Position numbers and translations under genes: made by a program. 24,000 bases of DNA, taken from positions 4,714 to 28,713 of the forward strand of contig JANOBC010000143.1 of NCBI GenBank assembly GCA_031411455.1, in the 5' to 3' direction. The stretch is from Limisphaerales bacterium. Its GTDB lineage: Bacteria; Verrucomicrobiota; Verrucomicrobiia; Limisphaerales; UBA11358. Below, in pieces: positions 22,366 to 24,000 of this stretch (position 1 is its first letter; every line of letters starts with the position of its first letter). Below the pieces are notes generated by a model that was not told the DNA's origin, did not search any database, and worked only from the letters and a program-made list of their open reading frames with translations.

Positions 22366-24000
22366 ATGAAATTCCTTCCCTCCGTTGGCGCGCGGCTGCT
22401 GGTCGTGACGGTTGCCGTCTTCAACTTGAATTCCTTTGCCGCCGATTCACCGCGCGAACATCTCTCGCTTGATGCGGGCTGGAAGTTTCATCTCGGCGAT
22501 GACTGGCCGGGGGCGCTGCATCTCGACAAGGCCGGCGCCAGCACCGGCCCCGCCTCGGAAAAATTCGGCGACAACGCCTGGCGCTCGCTCGACCTGCCGC
22601 ATGATTGGGCGATTGAATTGCCGTTCGATAAAACTTCCGACACGAGCCACGGTTTCAAACCCGTCGGGCCGGGCTTTCCGAAAAACAGCGTGGGCTGGTA
22701 TCGCCGCACGTTTGATTTGCCGGCGGCAGATTCCGGCAAGCGCATCTGGCTGACGTTCGACGGCGTGTTCCGCGACGCGACGGTCTGGGTCAATGGCTGG
22801 CTCGTGACGCGTCACGAGGGTGGTTACTACCCGTTCCGTGAAGACATCACGGACATCGCGCATTTCGGCGGCAAAAACACCGTGACCGTGAAGGTGGACG
22901 CGAGCAAGTTCGAGGGCTGGTTTTACGAAGGCGCGGGCATCTACCGCCACGTCTGGCTGGACAAAACTGCGCCGGTGGCTATCGCGCCGGATGGGGTTTT
23001 TGTTTACAGCAAATTCAAAAACAATGTCCCGAAGGGCAAAGCTGAAATTCATGCGGAATTAAAACTGATCAATTCACAAGGTTCACCCATTGAAGCTAAC
23101 GTAACGTATTCGTTCAAGGAAACTGACGGACGCACCGCTGGGGAATTAAATGATAAAGTAAAAATTGCTGCTCGTTCCCAAAAAGAAATTTCCACAGATG
23201 CCGCCGGTCTTCTCTTTACACTCGGTAAATACGAGCTTTGGTCTCCCGAAAATCCCAAACTCTACAAGCTCGTCACGACCGTTGAAGTGGACGGCAAGAT
23301 TGTTGACCGCAAGGAAACCGAGTTCGGCATCCGCACCTTCGCCTTCGACAAGGACAAAGGTTTTCTCCTGAACGGCCAGCCTTACGAACTCAAAGGCACC
23401 TGCAATCATCAAGACATGGCGGGCGTCGGCGCGGCGTTGCCGGATGCGCTCCAGTATTTCCGCATCGCCAAATTAAAAGAGTTCGGCGACAACGCGCTCC
23501 GCACCTCGCACAATCCGCCCACGACCGAACTGCTCGAAGCCTGCGACCGTCTCGGCATGATCGTGATGGACGAGAGCCGCCTGCTCGGCAGCGACAAGGA
23601 AAATTTGCAGAAGTGGGATGACTTGATTCGCCGCGACCGCAACCACGCGAGCGTCGGCATCTGGAGCGTGGCCAACGAAGAATTTTCCGTGCAAGCCACG
23701 CCCGGCGGCGCAAACGTCGCGCGCACGATGCAGGATTATGTGAAGCGCCTCGATCCGACGCGCCCCGTGACTTACGCCGCGCCGCAGGGCGACACGTTTG
23801 ACGGCATCAACGGTGTCATTGACGTGCGCGGCTGGAATTATCAGGTCGGCAAAAAGCCGGAACAATACGGCAAAAACATGGACAGTTATCACGCCAAGCA
23901 TCCCGACCAGCCGAATGTCGGCACGGAGCAGGGCAGCACCGTCAGCACGCGTGGCATTTATGAGAACGACAAAGCGCGCGGCTACGTCAGCGCCTACGAT
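22366..24000 (+). CDS. Glycoside hydrolase family 2 (beta-galactosidase/beta-glucuronidase-like), 3'-truncated by the window end.
   Basis: Not in the ORF track because no stop is reached. ATG 22366 gives the signal peptide MKFLPSVGARLLVVTVAVFNLNSFAA. Then WRSLDLPHDW, GWFYEGAGIYRHVWL, LRTSHNPP and NHASVGIWSVANEE (acid/base Glu region). The frame is open to 24000, which I checked codon by codon from 23041 onward. Confidence 0.88.
   Translation, partial: MKFLPSVGARLLVVTVAVFNLNSFAADSPREHLSLDAGWKFHLGDDWPGALHLDKAGASTGPASEKFGDNAWRSLDLPHDWAIELPFDKTSDTSHGFKPVGPGFPKNSVGWYRRTFDLPAADSGKRIWLTFDGVFRDATVWVNGWLVTRHEGGYYPFREDITDIAHFGGKNTVTVKVDASKFEGWFYEGAGIYRHVWLDKTAPVAIAPDGVFVYSKFKNNVPKGKAEIHAELKLINSQGSPIEANVTYSFKETDGRTAGELNDKVKIAARSQKEISTDAAGLLFTLGKYELWSPENPKLYKLVTTVEVDGKIVDRKETEFGIRTFAFDKDKGFLLNGQPYELKGTCNHQDMAGVGAALPDALQYFRIAKLKEFGDNALRTSHNPPTTELLEACDRLGMIVMDESRLLGSDKENLQKWDDLIRRDRNHASVGIWSVANEEFSVQATPGGANVARTMQDYVKRLDPTRPVTYAAPQGDTFDGINGVIDVRGWNYQVGKKPEQYGKNMDSYHAKHPDQPNVGTEQGSTVSTRGIYENDKARGYVSAYD

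Overview
This is a 24-kb, mostly high-GC segment (about 58-62% by eye). Its gene content and intergenic repeat families look like a PVC-superphylum chromosome, probably Verrucomicrobiota of the Pedosphaera/Limisphaerales type; that assignment is inference only. Housekeeping genes dominate. In order they are: a gamma-carbonic-anhydrase-like protein, Xaa-Pro aminopeptidase, NUDIX hydrolase plus MFS transporter, aspartokinase lysC, a GT-C-type membrane glycosyltransferase, long-form leuA, a DUF1573/cytochrome c fusion, a biotin-synthase-like radical SAM enzyme, fabG-acpP-fabF, thymidine phosphorylase, an ABM monooxygenase, tatA-tatC with a TIGR04073-like lipoprotein, a Tat-signal Gfo/Idh/MocA oxidoreductase with a DUF1080 partner, a PNP/UDP-family protein, and a GH2 glycosidase. 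Two genes cut by the window edges (1-187 minus, 22366-24000 plus) are absent from the ORF track and were translated by hand. The track also uses GTG/TTG starts, so several ORFs carry spurious N-terminal extensions, which I trimmed. I found no CRISPR array, transposase, integrase, toxin-antitoxin pair or recognisable multi-gene defence system. The observations most worth following up are: (1) a Leu-rich leader peptide with pause hairpin, antiterminator and terminator upstream of leuA; (2) a low-GC PD-(D/E)XK (HsdR_N-like) gene wedged between fabF and thymidine phosphorylase and overlapping the latter by ATGA; (3) a ~325-bp nested imperfect palindrome inside a 630-bp repeat-packed intergenic region; (4) an orientation-locked TTCGTG-periodic motif just upstream of three unrelated start codons; (5) a BioB homolog lacking two canonical auxiliary-cluster cysteines but carrying a Cys-rich C-terminal tail; (6) an enlarged TatC. 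All product calls rest on motif recognition by eye. No database search was run.
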